Positions 9,564 to 17,491 of a stretch of DNA of 26,047 bases are shown here, in pieces. The DNA is from an uncultured Pirellulales bacterium. Lineage in GTDB: Bacteria; Planctomycetota; Phycisphaerae; Sedimentisphaerales; Anaerobacaceae. Made by a program: the position numbers and the translations under genes. Under the pieces are notes generated by a model. The model made no database searches. It was not told where the DNA came from and worked only from the letters and a program-made list of their open reading frames with translations. The stretch lies in assembly GCA_964618055.1 (NCBI GenBank), contig CAZTWR010000001.1, positions 1 through 26,047 on the forward strand, given 5' to 3'. Position 1 is the stretch's first letter. The number at the start of each line of letters is the position of its first letter.

Positions 9564-10847
9564 TTAAGACCGGCTTTTACTGCTCTCAACTATGCCTTTT
9601 ACATCCGAGACTGTAGGTATCTCGGGGATGATACTTTTATCTGGAAGACCTTTTATTATCAAAAAAGCAGTGTCCTGTGTGTGTTTGCCGGTGAAGATAC
9701 CTTTGTCAACCAGTTGTTTGGCTTTGACATTTGCCTTGAGGTTGAATCCTTTATTGCCGATGAGAACCATATCCGGCGCATTTTCAAGATATGGGCCGGA
9801 ATAAAGCTGCTCTTTTCTGTATATGTCCCTTATAACCTTTTTGCCGTCTATTTCCAGCGAATGAAAGAGACTCTCGAGTTGAGACAGAGGCTCTTCGGCC
9901 TCAGCCGGCTCGACAGTTCCGCAGGGGAACTTGCCTTTGAGGTTTAGATAAATCCTCGCAGGGTCAAGAACAAATGCTTTTGTACCATAACAGATGTTAT
10001 TCAAGTTAGTATCCTGGTCCTGTTTGAACCGGAGGAATCCATTTTGGATAAGCGGGTAACTGATGTAAACATCTTTCTCCAGCTTTTCAAAGCCGTGGTC
10101 TGAGTGCATAATCAGTAAATCATCATCTGTGCTTCTGTCGATGATTTCACCAACTGCTTGGTCAATTTTTCTGAAATGTTCGAGGAATAAATTGTGGTAC
10201 TTGTGGTTTTTATCCTCGACGGCATCCCATAAAAAGTGCATCAGTCTGTCGGTGCCGGTGAATACGAGCATGAAGGTTTGCCAGTCCTGGGTTTGCCAAA
10301 GATAACGGTATGCTTTAATCCTTGCCTCGAGGGTCTTATCCAAATCTGCTAAAAACAGCTCCATCGAACTATGCGCCTTCTGTGAATTGACATCAAGGCG
10401 ATAATCCAGGTTTTTTAGCTGCGGTATCAGGGACTTTGGATAAACACTTTTTTCAAAATCTATGGAGACAAAGCCCGAGATGAGGACGCCATTGGTTTCG
10501 CGGACAGGATAGGTAGAGGGGACGTTAATTATAACGGACTTTCCTTGCCACTGGTCCCAGAACGGTGGCGCTTTCAAATCGTTGAAGTTTGGGAATCTCA
10601 TCTTATAAGAATCAGGGAACAAATCCGTAAAGCCGAAGATTCCGTGCTGGCCGGGGTTTTTGCCGGTAATCAGTGAAGACCACGCTACGGAAGAGACCTC
10701 CGGGATAGAGGAGTGCATTTTTTTGAATATGCTCTGTGAAATTAACTGGTGGGTGTTGAGCATGACGCCGGTTTCGGCGAAGTTTTTAAGCATGCCGAAA
10801 GGCACGCCATCAAGGCCTATTATTACAGTTTTTGCGTTTTGAGTAAT
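9564..10847 (-). CDS. Alkaline-phosphatase superfamily protein (type I phosphodiesterase / nucleotide pyrophosphatase family), probable ATT start
   Basis: KTVIIGLDGVP (upstream of the track start at 10805), PEVSSVAWSSLITGKNPGQHGIFGF, TDRLMH, HSDHGF, FTGKH. The only start-like codons in frame upstream of IIGLDG are ATT/CTG. Confidence 0.8.
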   Translation of the reverse strand: MTQNAKTVIIGLDGVPFGMLKNFAETGVMLNTHQLISQSIFKKMHSSIPEVSSVAWSSLITGKNPGQHGIFGFTDLFPDSYKMRFPNFNDLKAPPFWDQWQGKSVIINVPSTYPVRETNGVLISGFVSIDFEKSVYPKSLIPQLKNLDYRLDVNSQKAHSSMELFLADLDKTLEARIKAYRYLWQTQDWQTFMLVFTGTDRLMHFLWDAVEDKNHKYHNLFLEHFRKIDQAVGEIIDRSTDDDLLIMHSDHGFEKLEKDVYISYPLIQNGFLRFKQDQDTNLNNICYGTKAFVLDPARIYLNLKGKFPCGTVEPAEAEEPLSQLESLFHSLEIDGKKVIRDIYRKEQLYSGPYLENAPDMVLIGNKGFNLKANVKAKQLVDKGIFTGKHTQDTAFLIIKGLPDKSIIPEIPTVSDVKGIVESSKSRS

Positions 10848-10851
10848 AATC

Positions 10852-12081
10852 TCAGTCCACCACAGTGATTATTCCGCCGGCACATATATTTTCATCCTGG
10901 ACAAGGACAAAACGCCCCAGCTCTTGAACGTCGTTGAAGTCTTTGATGACCACAGGCTTTTTGGTTTTGATAACGACTTCTGCCACTTCAAGATTTTTCA
11001 GTACTTTAGCATTCTGCTCGATAACTTCAAGGGTCGAGGAATTAATCCTTTTGTTAATGCTCTCTATTTTGCAGCTTGTCTGCTGGGTGGCACATCTTAT
11101 GTTCAATTTTTGGTCTTTGACAAAGTCCCTCTTGGTCATCCAGAATATATTCGCAGTAATTTTGTCGGTTAAGATAGGTTCTTTACCCGGCAAACATACT
11201 ATATTACCGCGCTCGAGAAAAACTGAATCGGTAGTTGTAATGCCGACGCATTCGCTAGCAACCGCTTTATCAGTTTTTTCGAGGAATTTCTCTATAGCAC
11301 CAATCCTTGTAACTTGGCCGGTTGGCAGAATCTTTACTTCGAGACCTTTCTCGATAACACCTGACTCAACTCTGCCAACGTTAATCCGCTTGTCTGCAAT
11401 CTTGTACACATCCTGGACAGGGAAAATCAAGGGTTTGTCTTCAGCAGGCAGCCTATTCTGCAAAATATCCATACTCTCCAGAAACGTCGGGCCGGTGTAC
11501 CAGTCCATATTTTCGGATTTTTTTGCAATGTTGTCACCTTTGATTGCGGAGATTGGGATGTAAAAAATGGGTTCGATATTTATAGATTTGAGCCATTCGG
11601 CTACGTCTTTTTTGACAGTGTTGAAATGCTCCTGAGCGAAATCCACCAGGTCCATTTTATTTAAAACGACTATAACCTGATGTAACCCCAACAGCGACAG
11701 CATATACGAATGTCGTTTGGTCTGCTCCCTGACGCCCTCGGCAACATCGACAATTACAACAGCTGTCTCTGCCTGGGAGGCACCGGTAATCATATTCTTG
11801 ACAAATTCCACATGGCCAGGAGCGTCAATTATTACATAACGCCTTTTGTCGGTTTTGAAGAAAACCTGTGTTGTATCAATGGTAATACCTTGCTTGCGTT
11901 CTTCTTCCAAATGGTCCAGCAGGTAGGCGAACTCGGTCTCTCTGCCAGCCTCTGCTGAAGCCTTTTTCACTTCCTCAATTTTGTCCGGGGCAAGCGAGTC
12001 AGTATCATAAAGCAGTCTTCCAATCAAGGTTGATTTCCCATGGTCAACGTGACCTACAATAACAAAACTCAGAACGTCCAT
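10852..12081 (-). CDS. cysN: Sulfate adenylyltransferase subunit 1 (GTPase), without a fused APS kinase domain
   Basis: GHVDHGKSTLIGRL, EERKQGITID, DAPGH, NMITGAS, NKMD, ISAIKGDN, GRFVL; two genes downstream of cysD. Confidence 0.93.
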   Translation of the reverse strand: MDVLSFVIVGHVDHGKSTLIGRLLYDTDSLAPDKIEEVKKASAEAGRETEFAYLLDHLEEERKQGITIDTTQVFFKTDKRRYVIIDAPGHVEFVKNMITGASQAETAVVIVDVAEGVREQTKRHSYMLSLLGLHQVIVVLNKMDLVDFAQEHFNTVKKDVAEWLKSINIEPIFYIPISAIKGDNIAKKSENMDWYTGPTFLESMDILQNRLPAEDKPLIFPVQDVYKIADKRINVGRVESGVIEKGLEVKILPTGQVTRIGAIEKFLEKTDKAVASECVGITTTDSVFLERGNIVCLPGKEPILTDKITANIFWMTKRDFVKDQKLNIRCATQQTSCKIESINKRINSSTLEVIEQNAKVLKNLEVAEVVIKTKKPVVIKDFNDVQELGRFVLVQDENICAGGIITVVD

Positions 12082-12082
12082 C

Positions 12083-12400
12083 TTAATCCTCGCTGAGATA
12101 CCCCAACTCTTTTAGTTTCTTCTTTATTTCCTCCATATCCTTTTCTTCCAAGGGCTTGCTTACAGGTAAAGAAGACAGCGGATGTTTTTTCTGGCCGAAT
12201 TTTATAAAAGACCAGAATCTTTCATGCATATAATAACAGAATATTTTCGCTACCGCTTCAACAGCGCCTACGCCGAGTGAAAGAACAATTTTGCGAGTAA
12301 AGACAAAGACTATCGTAGTGGTAACAATAGCAGCAAGTGACCGATAACTTACCGCCTTTATTATCGAGCGCAGGTGTGCCTCTTTGTTATAGTCAATCAT
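12083..12400 (-). CDS. DUF2061-like small membrane protein with a soluble C-terminal LxxLGY helix
   Basis: EAHLRSIIKAVSYR...YYMHERFW; tail KDMEEIKKKLKELGYLSED; lies 1 nt from each neighbour. Confidence 0.8.
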   Translation of the reverse strand: MIDYNKEAHLRSIIKAVSYRSLAAIVTTTIVFVFTRKIVLSLGVGAVEAVAKIFCYYMHERFWSFIKFGQKKHPLSSLPVSKPLEEKDMEEIKKKLKELGYLSED

Positions 12401-12401
12401 C

Positions 12402-13214
12402 CTACATATACCCCAGCGACCGCAATTTCTGCATCATATAGTCGTCTTCCTTGTCCTGTGCTCGTCCACTTCTCTCGGAGACTTTAGAGGTTTTCAACTC
12501 CTCGACAATCTTGTCTATGGTGTCAGCATCTGAATCGACCGGATTACAGCAGGTTTCACAGCCGATGCTTCTGTATCGTTTTCCATTTTTGGCAAAGTAG
12601 AGCTCGACGACGGGGATGTTTTCTCTTTTGACATATTCCCAGACGTCGATTTCGCGCCAGCCGAGTAATGGATGGACCCGAAGGTGCTCTTCCTCAGCGG
12701 CCTTGGTCTTATACTGGTCCCAGAGTTCCGGCGGCTGGTTCTTATAATCCCATTCAAAATCTTCGTCTCTTGGACTGAAGACCCTTTCTTTAGCGCGAAT
12801 ACCGTGCTCGTCCCTTCTGATTCCAAGATACAGCGCCTTAAAACCGTGTTTGGCGATAGCCTTTCTCAGTGCCACAGTCTTTAGTTCATTGCAGCACTGG
12901 AACTTTCCCTTATCTGGCCCGATGCCCTTACTAAGTGCTTCTTCGTTTTTGGCGACGATAAGATTTAAGCCCCACTCTTTGGTGTATTTTTCTCTGAAGT
13001 TGTAAATTTCCTTAAATTTGTAGGTAGTGTCGAGGTGAACAATCGGAAAGGGTATCTTACCAAAAAAGGCTTTTCTGATGAGCCAAAGCAGGGTCGTGGA
13101 GTCTTTGCCGATTGACCAGAGCATAGCCACATCCCTGAATTCGCTATAGGCTTCCCTGATGATGAAAATACTCTGATTTTCCAACTTATCCAGTTGACTG
13201 AGGCCGGAATTCAT
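12402..13214 (-). CDS. cysD: Sulfate adenylyltransferase subunit 2 retaining a CC...CxxC motif
   Basis: WSIGKDS PP-loop, HLDT, GIRRDE, RAKERVFS, QPPELW, RVHPLL, ERSGRAQD; C107-C108 and C219-x2-C222-C223. Confidence 0.93.
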   Translation of the reverse strand: MNSGLSQLDKLENQSIFIIREAYSEFRDVAMLWSIGKDSTTLLWLIRKAFFGKIPFPIVHLDTTYKFKEIYNFREKYTKEWGLNLIVAKNEEALSKGIGPDKGKFQCCNELKTVALRKAIAKHGFKALYLGIRRDEHGIRAKERVFSPRDEDFEWDYKNQPPELWDQYKTKAAEEEHLRVHPLLGWREIDVWEYVKRENIPVVELYFAKNGKRYRSIGCETCCNPVDSDADTIDKIVEELKTSKVSERSGRAQDKEDDYMMQKLRSLGYM

Positions 13215-13362
13215 ATTAAAGAGACTCCTTAAGTTAATCTCGAACAGTTTTAATTACCTAAACTAATCATTATAATGGAAATATGAGCAATATCCATTGA
13301 AAAAAGTGATTTTTTAGCTACAAACTTGATATACACGCCTCCAGATACGAGCTCTTTTTTCT

Positions 13363-13391
13363 TTGACTGTTCGGGGGTATTTTGCTATTCT
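13363..13391 (+). promoter_or_regulatory. Putative sigma70 promoter (extended -10) for the sqdB operon
   Basis: TTGACT (13363-13368), 17-nt spacer ending TGC, TATTCT (13386-13391). Confidence 0.55.
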
Positions 13392-13495
13392 TATCTATAG
13401 TTGGTGTAAAGTCTTAGCAATTGCTGGTCGATTTGGCTGGATGAAGTGTGTCTTTTCAAATAAAGCCGGTTCAGAGGTATTATTAAGGAGAGAAA

Positions 13496-15022
13496 ATGCA
13501 CAATGCTAAATGCACTTGTTGGAACTGCCCGGCCATCGATTTGGCAGGGAAGGTTGATTTCCGTGCCTGTGGCCAATCTGTAAAACAGTTCGATAAAACC
13601 GCAGATTTGACGGGTGAAACCCATGTTATGGCTGAGTGCAAACGCAGGCCCGAACTCGGCCTTTACGACCCAATGGGTATCAGCTTCGAGGAGTGCCCCC
13701 AATGGCAAGAAACGCCATACGGTTACATACTAAAAGATATGAGGGTGATGATTCTCGGCATCGACGGCTATCTCGGCTGGACACTTGCTCTCTGGCTGGG
13801 CAGTCTGGGCTGTAAGGTCAGCGGGGTAGATAACTACAATCGCCGAAACTGGGTGAAAGAAAGAGGCGCTCATACCATCGTGCCTATCGCGAGAATGAAT
13901 GAAAGACTTCGAGCAGCAAAAGAAATCCTCGGTATCGACATCAATTTCCGGCAGATAGACATCTACACGGAGCGCGAGCGCCTCAAGGAATTTATTGACG
14001 AAGTAAAACCCGAATCAATCGTTCACTATGCGGAAAACCCGTCTCCAGCTTTCAGCATGATTGATGTCGAGCATGCCATCGAAGTGCAAAAAAACAACGT
14101 CCTCGGAACCCTTGCATTGCTGTTTACAATGCGGGACACCGTCCCGGAATCGTCCCTGCTGAAGCTCGGAACGATGGGCGAATATGGAACGCCTTTAACC
14201 GGAAGGCCTCTCTTCGAGGGTATCTTCCCCGCCGAGGCAATACTTCAATGGGACGGCCGCGAATGGAGTCTCGGCGGCGAACTGACACCAAGAGACCCGG
14301 TGAGTTTCTACCACGTCAGCAAAGTCCAGGACACGTTCAACGTATACGAAGCCGGCAAATACTGGTGGCTGAGGTCCTATGACATTATGCAGGGTGTAAT
14401 CTTTGGCGTCCATACCGAGCAGGTGGCGGCAGAGGCTCGGCTTCGCACACGGCTCGATATCGACGAGTGGTTTGGAACAATAATAAACCGTTTCGTTGCC
14501 CAGGCGGTCATCGGCATTCCTTTAACGCTGTACGGACTCGGTAAACAGATAAGAGGTTTTATTGCGCTGCGAGATGCTATGGAATGCATGACAAGACTAA
14601 TCTGTTCACCGCCTGAACCAGGCCAGTATGCTGTTGTCAACCAAGTTTCGGGGATTTACAGTGCAAGACAGTTGGCTTACACGGTTGCAAAGGTCGGCAG
14701 AGAGCATTTTAAACTGCCTGTTCAAATCCAGCGAGTCGAAAACCCAAGGGTCGAAGCCGACGAACATCTATTCGAAGCGCTGTATGAAAAACTTCCGAGG
14801 GAATATGGCTTTGAACCAAAGGTCAGCGTGGAAGAAGAAATCTTCAGGATGTTTGAACTCTTTTTGACTGACGAGGTCAGAAGAAGGATTGAAGAAAGAA
14901 AGCACGTAATAATACCCAAGACCTGGTGGTCGGGCGTCAAAAAGGAAGTGGAAAGATTGGAACTGCTGGACCTTAAGGGAGAGATAGAAGAGGATGAGCG
15001 AGTGTTTAAGATTCACCGATAA
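13496..15022 (+). CDS. sqdB: UDP-sulfoquinovose synthase (SqdB/SQD1/Agl3 family) with an extra 81-aa Cys-rich N-terminal domain
   Basis: Core from M82: MRVMILGIDGYLGW, VDN, HYAENPSPAFSM, LKLGTMGEYGTP, FYHVSKVQD (YxxxK), DIMQGVIFG, NRFVAQAVIGIPLTLYG, NPRVE. Strong SD (AAGGAG) precedes ATG 13496. Confidence 0.9.
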   Translation: MHNAKCTCWNCPAIDLAGKVDFRACGQSVKQFDKTADLTGETHVMAECKRRPELGLYDPMGISFEECPQWQETPYGYILKDMRVMILGIDGYLGWTLALWLGSLGCKVSGVDNYNRRNWVKERGAHTIVPIARMNERLRAAKEILGIDINFRQIDIYTERERLKEFIDEVKPESIVHYAENPSPAFSMIDVEHAIEVQKNNVLGTLALLFTMRDTVPESSLLKLGTMGEYGTPLTGRPLFEGIFPAEAILQWDGREWSLGGELTPRDPVSFYHVSKVQDTFNVYEAGKYWWLRSYDIMQGVIFGVHTEQVAAEARLRTRLDIDEWFGTIINRFVAQAVIGIPLTLYGLGKQIRGFIALRDAMECMTRLICSPPEPGQYAVVNQVSGIYSARQLAYTVAKVGREHFKLPVQIQRVENPRVEADEHLFEALYEKLPREYGFEPKVSVEEEIFRMFELFLTDEVRRRIEERKHVIIPKTWWSGVKKEVERLELLDLKGEIEEDERVFKIHR

Positions 15023-15377
15023 GAACTTCAAGGAGGAAGTTCTCGGCAGCGAATTACCGGTTTTTGTGGACTTCTGGGGCTCATGGTGTCCGCCATGCAA
15101 AATGGTTGAACCGGTAATGGATAAGTTGGCAAAGCACTTCGATGGAAAAATAAAAGTTGGCAAGCTCAATGTCGACCAGAATCCTCAGACCCGCTCAATG
15201 TTTAATATTGGTGGTGCGCCAACCTTTATCCTATTCAAAGACAGCCAGGTTCTTGAGAGGATTGTAGGAGCTCGTTCAAAGAAACAGCTCCTGGAGTTGA
15301 TAGAAACCGCTCTCAAGTCCCAACCTTCGACGGCATCGAAAAGCTCAAAAACGCAAGAGTCAGAGCGGTCAGCGTAA
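14994..15377 (+). CDS. trxA: Thioredoxin
   Basis: VDFWGSWCPPCKM, KVGKLNVDQNP, APTFILFK; overlaps the end of sqdB by 29 nt. Confidence 0.9.
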   Translation: MSECLRFTDKNFKEEVLGSELPVFVDFWGSWCPPCKMVEPVMDKLAKHFDGKIKVGKLNVDQNPQTRSMFNIGGAPTFILFKDSQVLERIVGARSKKQLLELIETALKSQPSTASKSSKTQESERSA

Positions 15378-15400
15378 TAGGCAAGCCACGGTACTAATTT

Positions 15401-16396
15401 ATGGGAAAAACCCCCGACAAACAGCAAATCTTTATCACCGGCGGAGCAGGCTTTATTGGTGCCAACCTGACCAGGTATCTGCTGGAAAGGTCTGAATCTA
15501 ATATCACCGTATATGACAATCTCTCAACAGGTTCAAAGGCCAATCTCGACAAAGCCATAGGCGATTCTGGACAGAACGGCAGGGTCAAATTTATTCAAGG
15601 TGATATCCTTGACTTTGACGCAATGTTCCGAGTCGTTGCTGGTCATAATGCCGTAGTTCACCTTGCTGCACATACCCGCGTGCGCGAATCCATTGGGAAC
15701 CCCCGGGAAAATCTGATGATAAATTCGGTGGGCACCTTCAACGTCCTTGAAGCTGCGCGAAAGCAGGGTGTTGATAAATTTGTCTTCGCCTCATCAAATG
15801 CTGCTGTTGGCGAACAAAAACCCCCAATAAATGAGTCTATGATTGCCAACCCCCTTTCACCTTATGGTGCAGTAAAACTTTATGGCGAAGCACTTTGTTC
15901 GGCCTATTACCGTTGCTACGGGTTCAAAACTGTCTCCCTTCGTTTTGCAAATGCATACGGGCTTTACTCAGGGCACAAAACCTCTGTTATCGCCAAATTC
16001 CTAAGAAGGGTCAGAGAAGGTAAGAGTTTGGAAATATACGGCGATGGCAACCAAACCCGCGACTTCATCCACGCTCAGGACATCTGCCAGGCGATAGACC
16101 TTATCCTTAGGGACCCCGCAAGGCGGGAACCTCTTACACACCACAACGGCGGACCCAATTTCTGGGGTGAGGTTTTCCAAATCGCCACCGGAGAGGAAAC
16201 AGCAATAATCAATCTTGCCAAAATGCTCATCGATTTCACGAATTCTCCGGAACAGCTGATAACATTCACTTCCCCAATAAAAGGCGAGATAAGAAAAAAT
16301 TTCTCAGACATAACAAAAGCGAAAGAGATTCTTGGGTTTTCTCCACAAATGAAATTGGGAACCCAGTTGAAAGCATTGTGCACTGAGGTACAGTAA
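15401..16396 (+). CDS. NAD-dependent epimerase/dehydratase (extended SDR, GalE-like)
   Basis: ITGGAGFIG, YDNLSTG, HLAA, ASSNAAVG, YGAVK, RFANAYG, GDGNQTRDFIH. Confidence 0.9.
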   Translation: MGKTPDKQQIFITGGAGFIGANLTRYLLERSESNITVYDNLSTGSKANLDKAIGDSGQNGRVKFIQGDILDFDAMFRVVAGHNAVVHLAAHTRVRESIGNPRENLMINSVGTFNVLEAARKQGVDKFVFASSNAAVGEQKPPINESMIANPLSPYGAVKLYGEALCSAYYRCYGFKTVSLRFANAYGLYSGHKTSVIAKFLRRVREGKSLEIYGDGNQTRDFIHAQDICQAIDLILRDPARREPLTHHNGGPNFWGEVFQIATGEETAIINLAKMLIDFTNSPEQLITFTSPIKGEIRKNFSDITKAKEILGFSPQMKLGTQLKALCTEVQ

Positions 16397-16399
16397 AAA

Positions 16400-17443
16400 A
16401 TGTCAAATTTAAGAATTATCGGCTTAATCATAGGGATATTAGGATTAGTCCTGACTTTCAGAATTTATCGCGGCCCGCGGTGGAGAAGATTGAATTTTGT
16501 GCTTTCCGGATTTTTTAGTCTCTCCCTCATTGCCATCTCTGTTAACCCTAACTTAGTCAATAGAGCCACCGGAATGCTCGCTTTGCAGCAGGAAGAACGC
16601 GGACGGATACTTACACTCTTAATCTTATCGAGTATGGGCCTATGGTTTCTGCTAATACATCATAGGACCAAGTTAGACAAATATGGCCGCCAGTTTGACC
16701 TACTTGTTAGACACCTTGGCCGCGAAAAGGCCGAACCATTAATAGGTGCCGACACCTCTAAGGCCGAAATTATGGTCGTTATGCCTGCTTACAACGAGGC
16801 TGAAAACCTCAAAAGTCTCTTAAAGCAAATGCCATCAGAAATCCAGGACAAAAAAGTGGGCGTCATCGTCGTAGACGATGGCAGCACCGACGAGACCGTA
16901 AAAATCGTCGAACAGGCAGGATATTTAGCTGTTAGAAACAGCATCAGACGTGGCGGTGGAGCTGCCTTAAGACTCGGCTACGACCTTGCAAAAGACATCG
17001 GCGCTAAGATAGCCGTCACTATGGATGCCGACGGCCAGCATGACCCCAAGCAAATCCATCGCCTTATCGAGCCTATCCTGCAGGATAAATCCGATTTCGT
17101 AATCGGCTCCCGCATACTTGGTAGATGGGAAAAAGATAATAAACTTCGTTCCATCGGATTGTATTTCTTCAATCTCATAATAAACACCCTGACCAAAACT
17201 AAAATCACTGATTGCTCCAGCGGTTTTAGAGCTTTTAAAGTCGATGTTCTGGACTCTGTCATTCTGAAAGAAGACCAATTTCATACCAGTGAACTTATAA
17301 TCGACGCCGCTAAAAAAAGAGTAAGAATTGCTGAAGTGCCCATAACTATTAGGAGCCGAAAACACGGCCGAAGCAAAAAAGGCAAAGACTGGAAATATGG
17401 ACTAAGCTTTGCAAAAACTATTCTCAAAACCTGGTGGCGATAA
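16400..17443 (+). CDS. DUF2304-like membrane domain fused to a GT2 polyprenol-phosphate glycosyltransferase
   Basis: Residues about 1-110 form three hydrophobic helices ending FDLLVRHLG; then VMPAYNEA, VVDDGSTD, TMDADGQH, DCSSGFRAF. Confidence 0.85.
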   Translation: MSNLRIIGLIIGILGLVLTFRIYRGPRWRRLNFVLSGFFSLSLIAISVNPNLVNRATGMLALQQEERGRILTLLILSSMGLWFLLIHHRTKLDKYGRQFDLLVRHLGREKAEPLIGADTSKAEIMVVMPAYNEAENLKSLLKQMPSEIQDKKVGVIVVDDGSTDETVKIVEQAGYLAVRNSIRRGGGAALRLGYDLAKDIGAKIAVTMDADGQHDPKQIHRLIEPILQDKSDFVIGSRILGRWEKDNKLRSIGLYFFNLIINTLTKTKITDCSSGFRAFKVDVLDSVILKEDQFHTSELIIDAAKKRVRIAEVPITIRSRKHGRSKKGKDWKYGLSFAKTILKTWWR

Positions 17444-17491
17444 AAGCTGTTTGATAGTAATTCAAGGTAATAATATATTAAGCTACGGATA

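Noticed and set aside
13391-13708. 105-aa minus-strand ORF in the divergent region
   Set aside because: It is antisense to the SqdB Cys-rich domain, whose start has a strong SD; no motif.
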